NCBI RefSeq assembly: GCF_009914755.1
Contig: NC_060936.1
DNA length: 64,000 nt
Source of the DNA: the human T2T-CHM13v2.0 reference genome, Homo sapiens
Reading direction: 5' to 3' (one strand)
A model generated the notes under the pieces. The model saw only the letters and a program-made list of their open reading frames with translations. It was not told where the DNA came from and ran no database searches. How positions within the stretch are numbered: the first letter of the stretch is position 1; each line of letters starts with the position of its first letter. A program made the position numbers and the translations under genes. Below, piece by piece: positions 42,101 through 55,500 of the stretch.

Positions 42101-42452
42101 CGATTGAAATCTCCACATGGAAACTCCACAAAAAGAGTGTTTCAAATCTGCTCTTTCTGAAGGAAGGTTCAACTCTGTGAGTTGAATACACACACCACAA
42201 ATAAGTTACTGAGAATTCTTCTGTGTAAAATTATATGAGGAAATCCCGTTTCCAACGAAGGCCTCAAAGAGGTCCAAATATCCACCTGCAGACTTTACAA
42301 AGACAGTGTCTCCAAACTCCTCCATCAAAAGAAAGTTTATACTCTGTGAATTGAACGCACACATCACCAAGTAGTTTCTGAGAATGATTCTGTCTAGTTT
42401 TTATACGAAGATATTTCCTTTTCTACATTTGGCCTAAAAGCGCTTGAAATCT

Positions 42453-44489
42453 CCACCTGCAAATATCACAAAAAGAGGGTTTCACATCTGCTCTGTCTAA
42501 AGGACAGTTCACCTCTGTGAGTTGAATAGAGGCAACACAAAGAACTTACTCAGTATTCTTCTTTCTAGCGTTCAGTGAAGAAATCCCGTTTCCAACGAAG
42601 GCCCCAATGAGGTCCAAATATCTGCTTGCAGACTTTACAGACAGAGTGTTTCCAAACTACTCTATGAAAAGAAAGCTTAAACTCCTTGAGTTGAACGCAC
42701 ACATCACAAAGTAGTTTCTGAGAATGATTCTGTCTAGTTTTTATACGAAGATGTTTCCTTTTCTACATTTGGTCTCAAAGCGATTGAAATCTCCAACTGG
42801 AAACTGCACAAATAGGCTGTTTCAAATCTGCTCTGTCTAAAGGAAGGTTCAACTCTGTGAGTTGAATACACACACCACAAATAAGTTACTGAGAATTCTT
42901 CTGTCGAACATTACTTGAAGAAATCCCGTTTGCAACGAAGGCCTCAAAGAGGTCCAAATATCCACTTGCAGACATTACAAACAGAGTGTTTCCAAACTGC
43001 TCCATCAAAAGAAAGGTTAAACTCTGTGAGCTGAACACACACATCAAAAAGAAGTTTCTGTGAATGATTCTGTCTAGATTTTATAAGAAGATGTTTCCTT
43101 TTCTACCGTAGGCCTCAAAGCGCTTGAAATCTCCAGCTGCAAATTCCACAAAAAGGGTGTTTAACATCTGCTCTTCTAAAGGAAAGTTCAACTCTATGAG
43201 TTGAATACACACAGCACAAAGAAGTTACTGAGACTTCTCCTATCAAACATTATATGAAGAAATCCCGTTTCCAATGATGGCCTCAAAGAGGTCCAAATAT
43301 CTGCTTGCAGACTTTACAAAGACAGTGTCTCCAAACTCCTCCATCAAAAGAAAGGTTATACTCTGTGAATTGAACGCACACATCACAAAGTAGTTTCTGA
43401 GAGTGATTCTGTCTAGTTTTTATACGAAGATGTTTCCTTTTCTACATTTGGTCTCAAAGCGATTGAAATCTCCAACTGGAAACTGCACAAATAGGGGGTT
43501 TCAAATCTGCTCTGTCTAAAGGAAGGTTCAACTCTGTGAGTTGAATACACACACCACAAATAAGTTACTGAGAATTCTTCTGTCGAACATTACTTGAAGA
43601 AATCCCGTTTCCAACGAAGGCCTCAAAGAGGTCCAAATATCCACTTGCAGACATTACAAACAGAGTGTTTCCAAACTGCTCCATCAAAAGAAAGGTTAAA
43701 CTCTGTGAGCTGAACACACACATCAAAAAGAAGTTTCTGTGAATGATTCTGTCTAGATTTTGTAAGAAGATGTTTCCTTTTCTACCGTAGGCCTCAATGC
43801 GCTTGAAATCTCCACCTGCAAATTCCACAAAAAGGGTGTTTTACATCTGCTCTTCTAAAGGAAAGTTAAACTCTATGCGTTGAATACACACAGGACAAAG
43901 AAGTTACTGAGACTTCTCCTATCAAACATTATATGAAGAAATCCCGTTTCCAACGAAGGCCTCGAAGAGGTCCAAATATCTGCTTGCAGACTTTACAGAC
44001 AGAGTTTTTCCAAACTGCTCCATCAAAAGAAAGGTTAAACTCCTTGAGTTGAACACACACATCACAAAGTAGTTTCTGTGAATGATTCTGTCTAGTTTTT
44101 ATACGAAGATGTTTCCTTTTCTACCTTTGGTCTCAATGCGATTGAAATCTCCACATGGAAACTCCACAAAAAGAGTGTTTCAAATCTGCTCTTTCTGAAG
44201 GAAGGTTCAACTCTGTGAGTTGAATACACACACCACAAATAAGTTACTGAGAATTCTTCTGTGTAACATTATATGAGGAAATCCCGTTTCCAACGAAGGC
44301 CTCAAAGAGGTCCAAATATCCACTTGCAGACTTACAAAGACAGTGTCTCCAAACTCCTCCATCAAAAGAAAGGTTATACTCTGTGAATTGAACGCACACA
44401 TTACAAAGTAGTTTCTGAGAATGATTCTGTCTAGTTTTTATACGAAGATATTTCCTTTTCTACATTTGGCCTGAAAACGCTTGAAATCT
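42453..44489 (-). repeat. 12-monomer structural variant (2037 bp): A-B-C/D/A hybrid-B-C-D
   Basis: After the C/D hybrid junction (~43310) the sequence runs directly into dimer B at 43472, skipping dimer A. Confidence 0.88.
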
Positions 44490-47400
44490 CCACCTGCAAA
44501 TACCACAAAAAGAGGGTTTCACATCTGCTCTGTCTAAAGGACAGTTCACCTCTGTGAGTTGAATAGAGGCAACACAAAGAACTTACTCAGTATTCTTCTT
44601 TCTAGCGTTGTATGAAGAAATCCCGTTTCCAACGAAGGCCCCAAAGAGGTCCAAATATCTGCTTGCAGACTTTACAGACAGAGTGTTTCCAAACTACTCT
44701 ATGAAAAGAAAGCTTAAACTCCTTGAGTTGAATGCACACATCACAAAGTAGTTTCTGAGAATGATTCTGTCTAGTTTTTATACGAAGATGTTTCCTTTTC
44801 TACATTTGGTCTCAAAGCGATTGAAATCTCCAACTGGAAACTGCACAAATAGGGTGTTTCAAATCTGCTCTGTCTAAAGGAAGGTTCAACTCTGTGAGTT
44901 GAATACACACACCACAAATAAGTTACTGAGAATTCTTCTGTCGAACATTACTTGAAGAATCCCGTTTCCAACGAAGGCCTCAAAGAGGTCCAAATATCCA
45001 CTTGCAGACATTACAAACAGAGTGTTTCCAAACTGCTCCATCAAAAGAAAGGTTAAACACTGTGAGCTGAACACACACATCAAAAAGAAGTTTCTGTGAA
45101 TGATTCTGTCTAGATTTTATAAGAAGATGTTTCCTTTTCTACCGTAGGACTCAAAGCGCTTGAAATCTCCAGCTGCAAATTCCACAAAAAGGGTTTTTAA
45201 CATCTGTTCTTCTAAAGGAAAGTTCAACTCTATGAGTTGAATACACACAGCACAAAGAAGTTACTGAGACTTCTCCTATCAAACATTATATGAAGAAATC
45301 CCGTTTCCAACGAAGGCCTCAAAGAGGTCCAAATATCTGCTTGCAGACTTTAAAGACAGAGTTTTTCCAAACTGCTCCATCAAAAGAAAGGTTAAACTCC
45401 TTGAGTTGAACACACACATCACAAAGTAGTTTCTGTGAATGATTCTGTCTAGTTTTTATACGAAGATGTTTCCTTTTCTACCTTTGGTCTCAAAGCGATT
45501 GAAATCTCCACATGGAAACTCCACAAAAAGAGTGTTTCAAATCTGCTCTTTCTGAAGGAAGGTTCAACTCTGTGAGTTGAATACACACACCACAAATAAG
45601 TTACTGAGAATTCTTCTGTGTAAAATTATATGAGGAAATCCCGTTTCCAACGAAGGCCTCAAAGAGGTCCAAATATCCACTTGCAGACTTTACAAAGACA
45701 GTGTCTCCAAACTCCTCCATCAAAAGAAAGGTTATACTCTGTGAATTGAACGCACACATCACAAAGTAGTTTCTGAGAATGATTCTGTCTAGTTTTTATA
45801 CGAAGATATTTCCTTTTCTACATTTGGCCTAAAAGCGCTTGAAATCTCCACCTGCAAATATCACAAAAAGAGGGTTTCACATCTGCTCTGTCTAAAGGAC
45901 AGTTCACCTCTGTGAGTTGAATAGAGGCAACACAAAGAACTTACTCAGTATTCTTCTTTCTAGCGTTCTATGAAGAAATCCCGTTTCCAACGAAGGCCCC
46001 AATGAGGTCCAAATATCTGCTTGCAGACTTTACAGACAGAGTGTTTCCAAACTACTCTATGAAAAGAAAGCTTAAACTCCTTGAGTTGAACGCACACATC
46101 ACAAAGTAGTTTCTGAGAATGATTCTGTCTAGTTTTTATACGAAGATGTTTCCTTTTCTACATTTGGTCTCAAAGCGATTGAAATCTCCAACTGGAAACT
46201 GCACAAATAGGGTGTTTCAAATCTGCTCTGTCTAAAGGAAGGTTCAACTCTGTGAGTTGAATACACACACCACAAATAAGTTACTGAGAATTCTTCTGTC
46301 GAACATTACTTGAAGAAATCCCGTTTCCAACGAAGGCCTCAAAGAGGTCCAAATATCCACTTGCAGACATTACAAACAGAGTGTTTCCAAACTGCTCCAT
46401 CAAAAGAAAGGTTAAACTCTGTGAGCTGAACACACACATCAAAAAGAAGTTTCTGTGAATGATTCTGTCTAGATTTTATAAGAAGATGTTTCCTTTTCTA
46501 CCGTAGGCCTCAAAGCGCTTGAAATCTCCAGCTGCAAATTCCACAAAAAGGGTGTTTAACATCTGCTCTTCTAAAGGAAAGTTCAACTCTATGAGTTGAA
46601 TACACACAGCACAAAGAAGTTACTGAGACTTCTCCTATCAAACATTATATGAAGAAATCCCGTTTCCAACGAAGGCCTCAAAGAGGTCCAAATATCTGCT
46701 TGCAGACTTTACAAAGACAGTGTCTCCAAACTCCTCCATCAAAAGAAAGGTTATACTCTGTGAATTGAACGCACACATCACAAAGTAGTTTCTGAGAGTG
46801 ATTCTGTCTAGTTTTTATACGAAGATATTTCCTTTTCTACATTTGGCCTAAAAGCGCTTGAAATCTCCACCTGCAAATATCACAAAAAGAGGGTTTTACA
46901 TCTGCTCTGTCTAAAGGACAGTTCACCTCTGTGAGTTGAATAGAGGCAACACAAAGAACTTACTCAGTATTCTCCTTTCTAGCGTTCTATGAAGAAATCC
47001 CGTTTCCAACGAAGGCCCCAAAGAGGTCCAAATATCTGCTTGCAGACTTTACGGGCCGAGGGTTTCCAAACTACTCTATGAAAAGAAAGCTTAAACTCCT
47101 TGAGTTGAACGCACACATCACAAAGTAGTTTCTGAGAATGATTCTGTCTAGTTTTTATACGAAGATGTTTCCTTTTCTACATTTGGTCTCAAAGCGATTG
47201 AAATCTCCAACTGGAAACTGCACAAATAGGGTGTTTCAAATCTGCTCTGTCTAAAGGAAGGTTCAACTCTGTGAGTTGAATACACACACCACAAATAAGT
47301 TACTGAGAATTCTTCTGTCGAACATTACTTGAAGAAATCCCGTTTCCAACGAAGGCCTCATAGAGGTCCAAATATCCACTTGCAGACATTACAAACAGAG

Positions 47401-49582
47401 TGTTTCCAAACTGCTCCATCAAAAGAAAGGTTAAACTCTGTGAGCTGAACACACACATCAAAAAGAAGTTTCTGTGAATGATTCTGTCTAGATTTTGTAA
47501 GAAGATGTTTCCTTTTCTACCGTAGGCCTCAAAGCGCTTGAAATCTCCACCTGCAAATTCCACAAAAAGGGTGTTTTACATCTGCTCTTCTAAAGGAAAG
47601 TTCAACTCTATGTGTTGAATACACACAGGACAAAGAAGTTACTGAGACTTCTCCTATCAAACATTATATGAAGAAATCCCGTTTCCAACGAAGGCCTCAA
47701 AGAGGTCCAAATATCTGCTTGCAGACTTTACAGACAGAGTGTTTCCAAACTGCTCCATCAAAAGAAAGGTCAAACTCCTTGAGTTGAACACACACATCAC
47801 AAAGTAGTTTTTGTGAATGATTCTGTCTAGTTTTTATACGAAGATGTTTCCTTTTCTACCTTTGGTCTCAAAGCGATTGAAATCTCCACATGGAAACTCC
47901 ACAAAAAGAGTGTTTCAAATCTGCTCTTTCTGAAGGAAGGTTCAACTCTGTGAGTTGAATACACACACCACAAATAAGTTACTGAGAATTCTTCTGTGTA
48001 ACATTATATGAGGAAATCCCGTTTCCAACGAAGGCCTCAAAGAGGTTCAAATATCCACTTGCAGACTTTACAAAGACAGTGTCTCCAAACTCCTCCATCA
48101 AAAGAAAGGTTATACTCTGTGAATTGAACGCACACATCACAAAGTAGTTTCTGAGAATGATTCTGTCTAGTTTTTATACGAAGATATTTCCTTTTCTACA
48201 TTTGGCCTAAAAGCGCTTGAAATCTCCACCTGCAAATATCACAAAAAGAGGGTTTCACATCTGCTCTGTCTAAAGGACAGTTCACCTCTGTGAGTTGAAT
48301 AGAGGCAACACAAAGAACTTACTCAGTATTCTTCTTTCTAGCGTTCTATGAAGAAATCCCGTTTCCAACGAAGGCCTCAAAGAGGTCCAAATATCTGCTT
48401 GCAGACTTTACAGACAGAGTGTTTCCAAACTACTCTATGAAAAGAAAGCTTAAACTCCTTGAGTTGAACGCACACATCACAAAGTAGTTTCTGAGAATGA
48501 TTCTGTCTAGTTTTTATACGAAGATGTTTCCTTTTCTACATTTGTCTCAAAGCGATTGAAATCTCCAACTGGAAACTGCACAAATAGGGTGTTTCAAATC
48601 TGCTCTGTCTAAAGGAAGGTTCAACTCTGTGAGTTGAATACACACACCACAAATAAGTTACTGAGAATTCTTCTGTCGAACATTACAGGAAGAAATCCCG
48701 TTTCCAACGAAGGCCTCAAAGAGGTCCAAATATCCACTTGCAGACATTACAAACAGTGTGTTTCCAATCTGCTCCATCAAAAGAAAGGTTAAACTCTGTG
48801 AGCTGAACACACACATCAAAAAGAAGTTTCTGTGAATGATTCTGTCTAGATTTTATAAGAAGATGTTTCCTTTTCTACCGTAGGCCTCAAAGCGCTTGTA
48901 ATCTCCAGCTGCAAATTCCACAAAAAGTGTGTTTAACATCTGCTCTTCTAAAGGAAAGTTCAACTCTATGAGTTGAATACACACAGCACAAAGAAGTTAC
49001 TGAGACTTCTCCTATCAAACATTATATGAAGAAATCCCGTTTCCAACGAAGGCCTCAAAGAGGTCCAAATATCTGCTTGCAGACTTTACAGACAGAGTTT
49101 TTCCAAACTGCTCCATCAAAAGAAAGGTTAAACTCCTTGAGTTGAACACACACATCACAAAGTAGTTTCTGTGAATGATTCTGTCTAGTTTTTATACGAA
49201 GATGTTTCCTTTTCTACCTTTGGTCTCAATGCGATTGAAATCTCCACATGGAAACTCCACAAAAAGAGTGTTTCAAATCTGCTCTTTCTGAAGGAAGGTT
49301 CAACTCTGTGAGTTGAATACACACACCACAAATAAGTTACTGAGAATTCTTCTGTGTAACATTATATGAGGAAATCCCGTTTCCAACGAAGGCCTCAAAG
49401 AGGTCCAAATATCCACTTGCAGACTTACAAAGACAGTGTCTCCAAACTCCTCCATCAAAAGAAAGGTTATACTCTGTGAATTGAACGCACACATCACAAA
49501 GTAGTTTCTGAGAATGATTCTGTCTAGTTTTTATACGAAGATATTTCCTTTTCTACATTTGGCCTGAAAACGCTTGAAATCT

Positions 49583-52500
49583 CCACCTGCAAATATCACA
49601 AAAAGAGGGTTTCACATCTGCTCTGTCTAAAGGACAGTTCACCTCTGTGAGTTGAATAGAGGCAACACAAAGAACTTACTCAGTATTCTTCTTTCTAGCG
49701 TTGTATGAAGAAATCCCGTTTCCAACGAAGGCCCCAAAGAGGTCCAAATATCTGCTTGCAGACTTTACAGACAGAGTGTTTCCAAACTACTCTATGAAAA
49801 GAAAGCTTAAACTCCTTGAGTTGAACGCACACATCACAAAGTAGTTTCTGAGAATGATTCTGTCTAGTTTTTATACGAAGATGTTTCCTTTTCTACATTT
49901 GGTCTCAAAGCGATTGAAATCTCCAACTGGAAACTGCACAAATAGGGTGTTTCAAATCTGCTCTGTCTAAAGGAAGGTTCAACTCTGTGAGTGGAATACA
50001 CACACCACAAATAAGTTACTGAGAATTCTTCTGTCGAACATTACTTGAAGAATCCCGTTTCCAACGAAGGCCTCAAAGAGGTCCAAATATCCACTTGCAG
50101 ACATTACAAACAGAGTGTTTCCAAACTGCTCCATCAAAAGAAAGGTTAAACTCTGTGAGCTGAACACACACATCAAAAAGAAGTTTCTGTGAATGATTCT
50201 GTCTAGATTTTATAAGAAGATGTTTCCTTTTCTACCGTAGGACTCAAAGCGCTTGAAATCTCCAGCTGCAAATTCCACAAAAAGGGTTTTTAACATCTGC
50301 TCTTCTAAAGGAAAGTTCAACTCTATGCGTTGAATACACACAGCAGAAAGAAGTTACTGAGACTTCTCCTATCAAACATTATATGAAGAAATCCCGTTTC
50401 CAACGAAGGCCCCAAAGAGGTCCAAATATCTGCTTGCAGACTTTACAGACAGAGTTTTTCCAAACAGCTCCATCAAAAGAAAGGTTAAACTCCTTGAGTT
50501 GAACACACACATCACAAAGTAGTTTCTGTGAATGATTCTGTCTAGTTTTTATACGAAGATGTTTCCTTTTCTACCTTTGGTCTCAAAGCGATTGAAATCT
50601 CCACATGGAAACTCCACAAAAAGAGTGTTTCAAATCTGCTCTTTCTGAAGGAAGGTTCAACTCTGTGAGTTGAATACACACACCACAAATAAGTTACTGA
50701 GAATTCTTCTGTGTAAAATTATATGAGGAAATCCCGTTTCCAACGAAGGCCTCAAAGAGGTCCAAATATCCACTTGCAGACTTTACAAAGACAGTGTCTC
50801 CAAACTCCTCCATCAAAAGAAAGGTTATACTCTGTGAATTGAACGCACACATCACAAAGTAGTTTCTGAGAATGATTCTGTCTAGTTTTTATACGAAGAT
50901 ATTTCCTTTTCTACATTTGGCCTAAAAGCGCTTGAAATCTCCACCTGCAAATATCACAAAAAGAGGGTTTCACATCTGCTCTGTCTAAAGGACAGTTCAC
51001 CTCTGTGAGTTGAATAGAGGCAACACAAAGAACTTACTCAATATTCTTCTTTCTAGCGTTCTATGAAGAAATCCCGTTTCCAACGAAGGCCCCAATGAGG
51101 TCCAAATATCTGCTTGCAGACTTTACAGACAGAGTGTTTCCAAAGTACTCTATGAAAAGAAAGCTTAAACTCCTTGAGTTGAACGCACACATCACAAAGT
51201 AGTTTCTGAGAATGATTCTGTCCAGTTTTTATACGAAGATGTTTCCTTTTCTACATTTGGTCTCAAAGCGATTGAAATCTCCAACTGGAAACTGCACAAA
51301 TAGGGTGTTTCAAATCTGCTCTGTCTAAAGGAAGGTTCAACTCTGTGAGTTGAATACACACACCACAAATAAGTTACTGAGAATTCTTCTGTCGAACATT
51401 ACTTGAAGAAATCCCGTTTCCAACGAAGGCCTCAAAGAGGTCCAAATATCCACTTGCAGACATTACAAACAGAGTGTTTCCAAACTGCTCCATCAAAAGA
51501 AAGGATAAACTCTGTGAGCTGAACACACACATCAAAAAGAAGTTTCTGTGAATGATTCTGTCTAGATTTTATAAGAAGATGTTTCCTTTTCTACCGTAGG
51601 CCTCAAAGCGCTTGAAATCTCCAGCTGCAAATTCCACAAAAAGGGTGTTTAACATCTGCTCTTCTAAAGGAAAGTTCAACTCTATGAGGTGAATACACAC
51701 AGCACAAAGAAGTTACTGAGACTTCTCCTATCAAACATTATATGAAGAAATCCCGTTTCCAACGAAGGCCTCAAAGAGGTCCAAATATCTGCTTGCAGAC
51801 TTTACAGACAGAGTGTTTCCAAACTGCTCCATCAAAAGAAAGGTTAAACTCCTTGAGTTGAACACACACATCACAAAGTAGTTTCTGTGAATGATTCTGT
51901 CTAGTTTTTATACGAAGATGTTTCCTTTTCTACCTTTGGTCTCAAAGCGATTGAAATCTCCACATGGAAACTCCACCAAAAGAGTGTTTCAAATCTGCTC
52001 TTTCTGAAGGAAGGTTCAACTCTGTGAGTTGAATACACACACCACAAATAAGTTACTGAGAATTCTTCTGTGTAACATTATATGAGGAAATCCCGTTTCC
52101 AACGAAGGCCTCAAAGAGGTCCAAATATCCACTTGCAGACTTTACAAAGACAGTGTCTCCAAACTCCTCCCTCAAAAGAAAGGTTATACTCTGTGAATTG
52201 AACGCACACATCACAAAGTAGTTTCTGAGAATGCTTCTGTCTAGTTTTTATACGAAGTTATTTCCTTTTCTACATTTGGCCTAAAAGCGCTTGAAATCTA
52301 CACCTGCAAATATCACAAAAAGAGGGTTTCACATCTACTCTGTCTAAAGGACAGTTCACCTCTGTGAGTTGAATAGAGGCAACACAAAGAACTTACTCAA
52401 TATTCTTCTTTCTAGCGTTCTATGAAGAAATCCCGTTTCCAGCGAAGTCCCCAATGAGGTCCAAATATCTGCTTGCAGACTTTACAGACAGAGTGTTTCC

Positions 52501-55500
52501 AAACTACTCTATGAAAAGAAAGCTTAAACTCCTTGAGTTGAACGCACACATCACAAAGTAGTTTCTGAGAATGATTCTGTCTAGTTTTTATACGAAGATG
52601 TTTCCTTTTCTACATTTGGTCTCAAAGCGATTGAAATCTCCAACTGGAAACTGCACAAATAGGATGTTTCAAATCTGCTCTGTCTAAAGGAAGGTTCAAC
52701 TCTGTGAGTTGAATACACACACCACAAATAAGTTACTGAGAATTCTTCTGTCGAACATTACTTGAAGAAATCCCGTTTCCAACGAAGGCCTCAAAGAGGT
52801 CCAAATATCCACTTGCAGACATTACAAACAGAGTGTTTCCAAACTGCTCCATCAAAAGAAAGGTTAAACACTGTGAGCTGAACACACACATCAAAAAGAA
52901 GTTTCTGTGAATGATTCTGTCTAGATTTTATAAGAAGATGTTTCCTTTTCTACCGTAGGCCTCAAAGCGCTTGAAATCTCCAGCTGCAAATTCCACAAAA
53001 AGGGTGTTTTACATCTGCTCTTCTAAAGGAAAGTTCAACTCTATGCGTTGAATACACACAGCACAAAGAAGTTACTGAGACTTCTCCTATCAAACATTAT
53101 ATGAAGAAATCCCGTTTCCAACGAAGGCCTCAAAGAGGTCCAAATATCTGCTTGCAGACTTTACAGACAGAGTGTTTCCAAACTGCTCCATCAAAAGAAA
53201 GGTTAAACTCCTTGAGTTGAACACACACATCACAAAGTAGTTTCTGTGAATGATTCTGTCTAGTTTTTATACGAAGATGTTTCCTTTTCTACCTTTGGTC
53301 ACAAAGCGATTGAAATCTCCACATGGAAACTCCACAAAAAGAGTGTTTCAAATCTGCTCTTTCTGAAGGAAGGTTCAACTCTGTGAGTTGAATACACACA
53401 CCACAAATAAGTTACTGAGAATTCTTCTGTGTAACATTATATGAGGAAATCCCGTTTCCAACGAAGGCCTCAAAGAGGTCCAAATATCCACTTGCAGACT
53501 TTACAAAGACAGTGTCTCCAAACTCCTCCATCAAAAGAAAGGTTATACTCTGTGAATTGAACGCACACATCACAAAGTAGTTTCTGAGAATGATTCTGTC
53601 TAGTTTTTATACGAAGATATTTCCTTTTCTACATTTGGCCTGAAAACGCTTGAAATCTCCACCTGCAAATATCACAAAAAGAGGGTTTCACATCTGCTCT
53701 GTCTAAAGGACAGTTCACCTCTGTGAGTTGAATAGAGGCAACACAAAGAACTTACTCAGTATTCTTCTTTCTAGCGTTGTATGAAGAAATCCCGTTTCCA
53801 ACGAAGGCCCCAAAGAGGTCCAAATATCTGCTTGCAGACTTTACAGACAGAGTGTTTCCAAACTACTCTATGAAAAGAAAGCTTAAACTCCTTGAGTTGA
53901 ACGCACACATCACAAAGTAGTTTCTGAGAATGATTCTGTCTAGTTTTTATACGAAGATGTTTCCTTTTCTACATTTGGTCTCAAAGCGATTGAAATCTCC
54001 AACTGGAAACTGCACAAATAGGGTGTTTCAAATCTGCTCTGTCTAAAGGAAGGTTCAACTCTGTGAGTTGAATACACACACCACAAATAAGTTACTGAGA
54101 ATTCTTCTGTCGAACATTACTTGAAGAATCCCGTTTCCAACGAAGGCCTCAAAGAGGTCCAAATATCCACTTGCAGACATTACAAACAGAGTGTTTCCAA
54201 ACTGCTCCATCAAAAGAAAGGTTAAACTCTGTGAGCTGAACACACACATCAAAAAGAAGTTTCTGTGAATGATTCTGTCTAGATTTTATAAGAAGATGTT
54301 TCCTTTTCTACTGTAGGACTCAAAGCGCTTGAAATCTCCAGCTGCAAATTCCACAAAAAGGGTTTTTAACATCTGCTCTTCTAAAGGAAAGTTCAACTCT
54401 ATGAGTTGAATACACACAGCACAAAGAAGTTACTGAGACTTCTCCTATCAAACATTATATGAAGAAATCCCGTTTCCAACGAAGGCCTCAAAGAGGTCCA
54501 AATATCTGCTTGCAGACTTTACAGACAGAGTGTTTCCAAACTGCTCCATCAAAAGAAAGGTTAAACTCCTTGAGTTGAACACACACATCACAAAGTAGTT
54601 TCTGTGAATGATTCTGTCTAGTTTTTATACGAAGATGTTTCCTTTTCTACCTTTGGTCTCAAAGCGATTGAAATCTCCACATGGAAACTCCACCAAAAGA
54701 GTGTTTCAAATCTGCTCTTTCTGAAGGAAGGTTCAACTCTGTGAGTTGAATACACACACCACAAATAAGTTACTGAGAATTCTTCTGTGTAACATTATAT
54801 GAGGAAATCCCGTTTCCAACGAAGGCCTCAAAGAGGTCCAAATATCCACTTGCAGACTTTACAAAGACAGTGTCTCCAAACTCCTCCATCAAAAGAAAGG
54901 TTATACTCTGTGAATTGAACGCACACATCACAAAGTAGTTTCTGAGAATGCTTCTGTCTAGTTTTTATACGAAGTTATTTCCTTTTCTACATTTGGCCAA
55001 AAAGCGCTTGAAATCTCCACCTGCAAATATCACAAAAAGAGGGTTTCACATCTACTCTGTCTAAAGGACAGTTCACCTCTGTGAGTTGAATAGAGGCAAC
55101 ACAAAGAACTTACTCAGTATTCTTCTTTCTAGCGTTCTATGAAGAAATCCCGTTTCCAACGAAGACCCCAATGAGGTCCAAATATCTGCTTGCAGACTTT
55201 ACAGACAGAGTGTTTCCAAACTACTCTATGAAAAGAAAGCTTAAACTCCTTGAGTTGAACGCACACATCACAAAGTAGTTTCTGAGAATGATTCTGTCTA
55301 GTTTTTATACGAAGATGTTTCCTTTTCTACATTTGGTCTCAAAGCGATTGAAATCTCCAACTGGAAACTGCACAAATAGGATGTTTCAAATCTGCTCTGT
55401 CTAAAGGAAGGTTCAACACTGTGAGTTGAATACACACACCACAAATAAGTTACTGAGAATTCTTCTGTCGAACATTACTTGAAGAAATCCCGTTTCTAAC

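Noticed and set aside
42924-42940. Variant CENP-B box tcccgtttgcaacgaag
   Set aside because: The change lies at a non-essential position of the nTTCGnnnnAnnCGGGn core, so it is not counted as a lesion.
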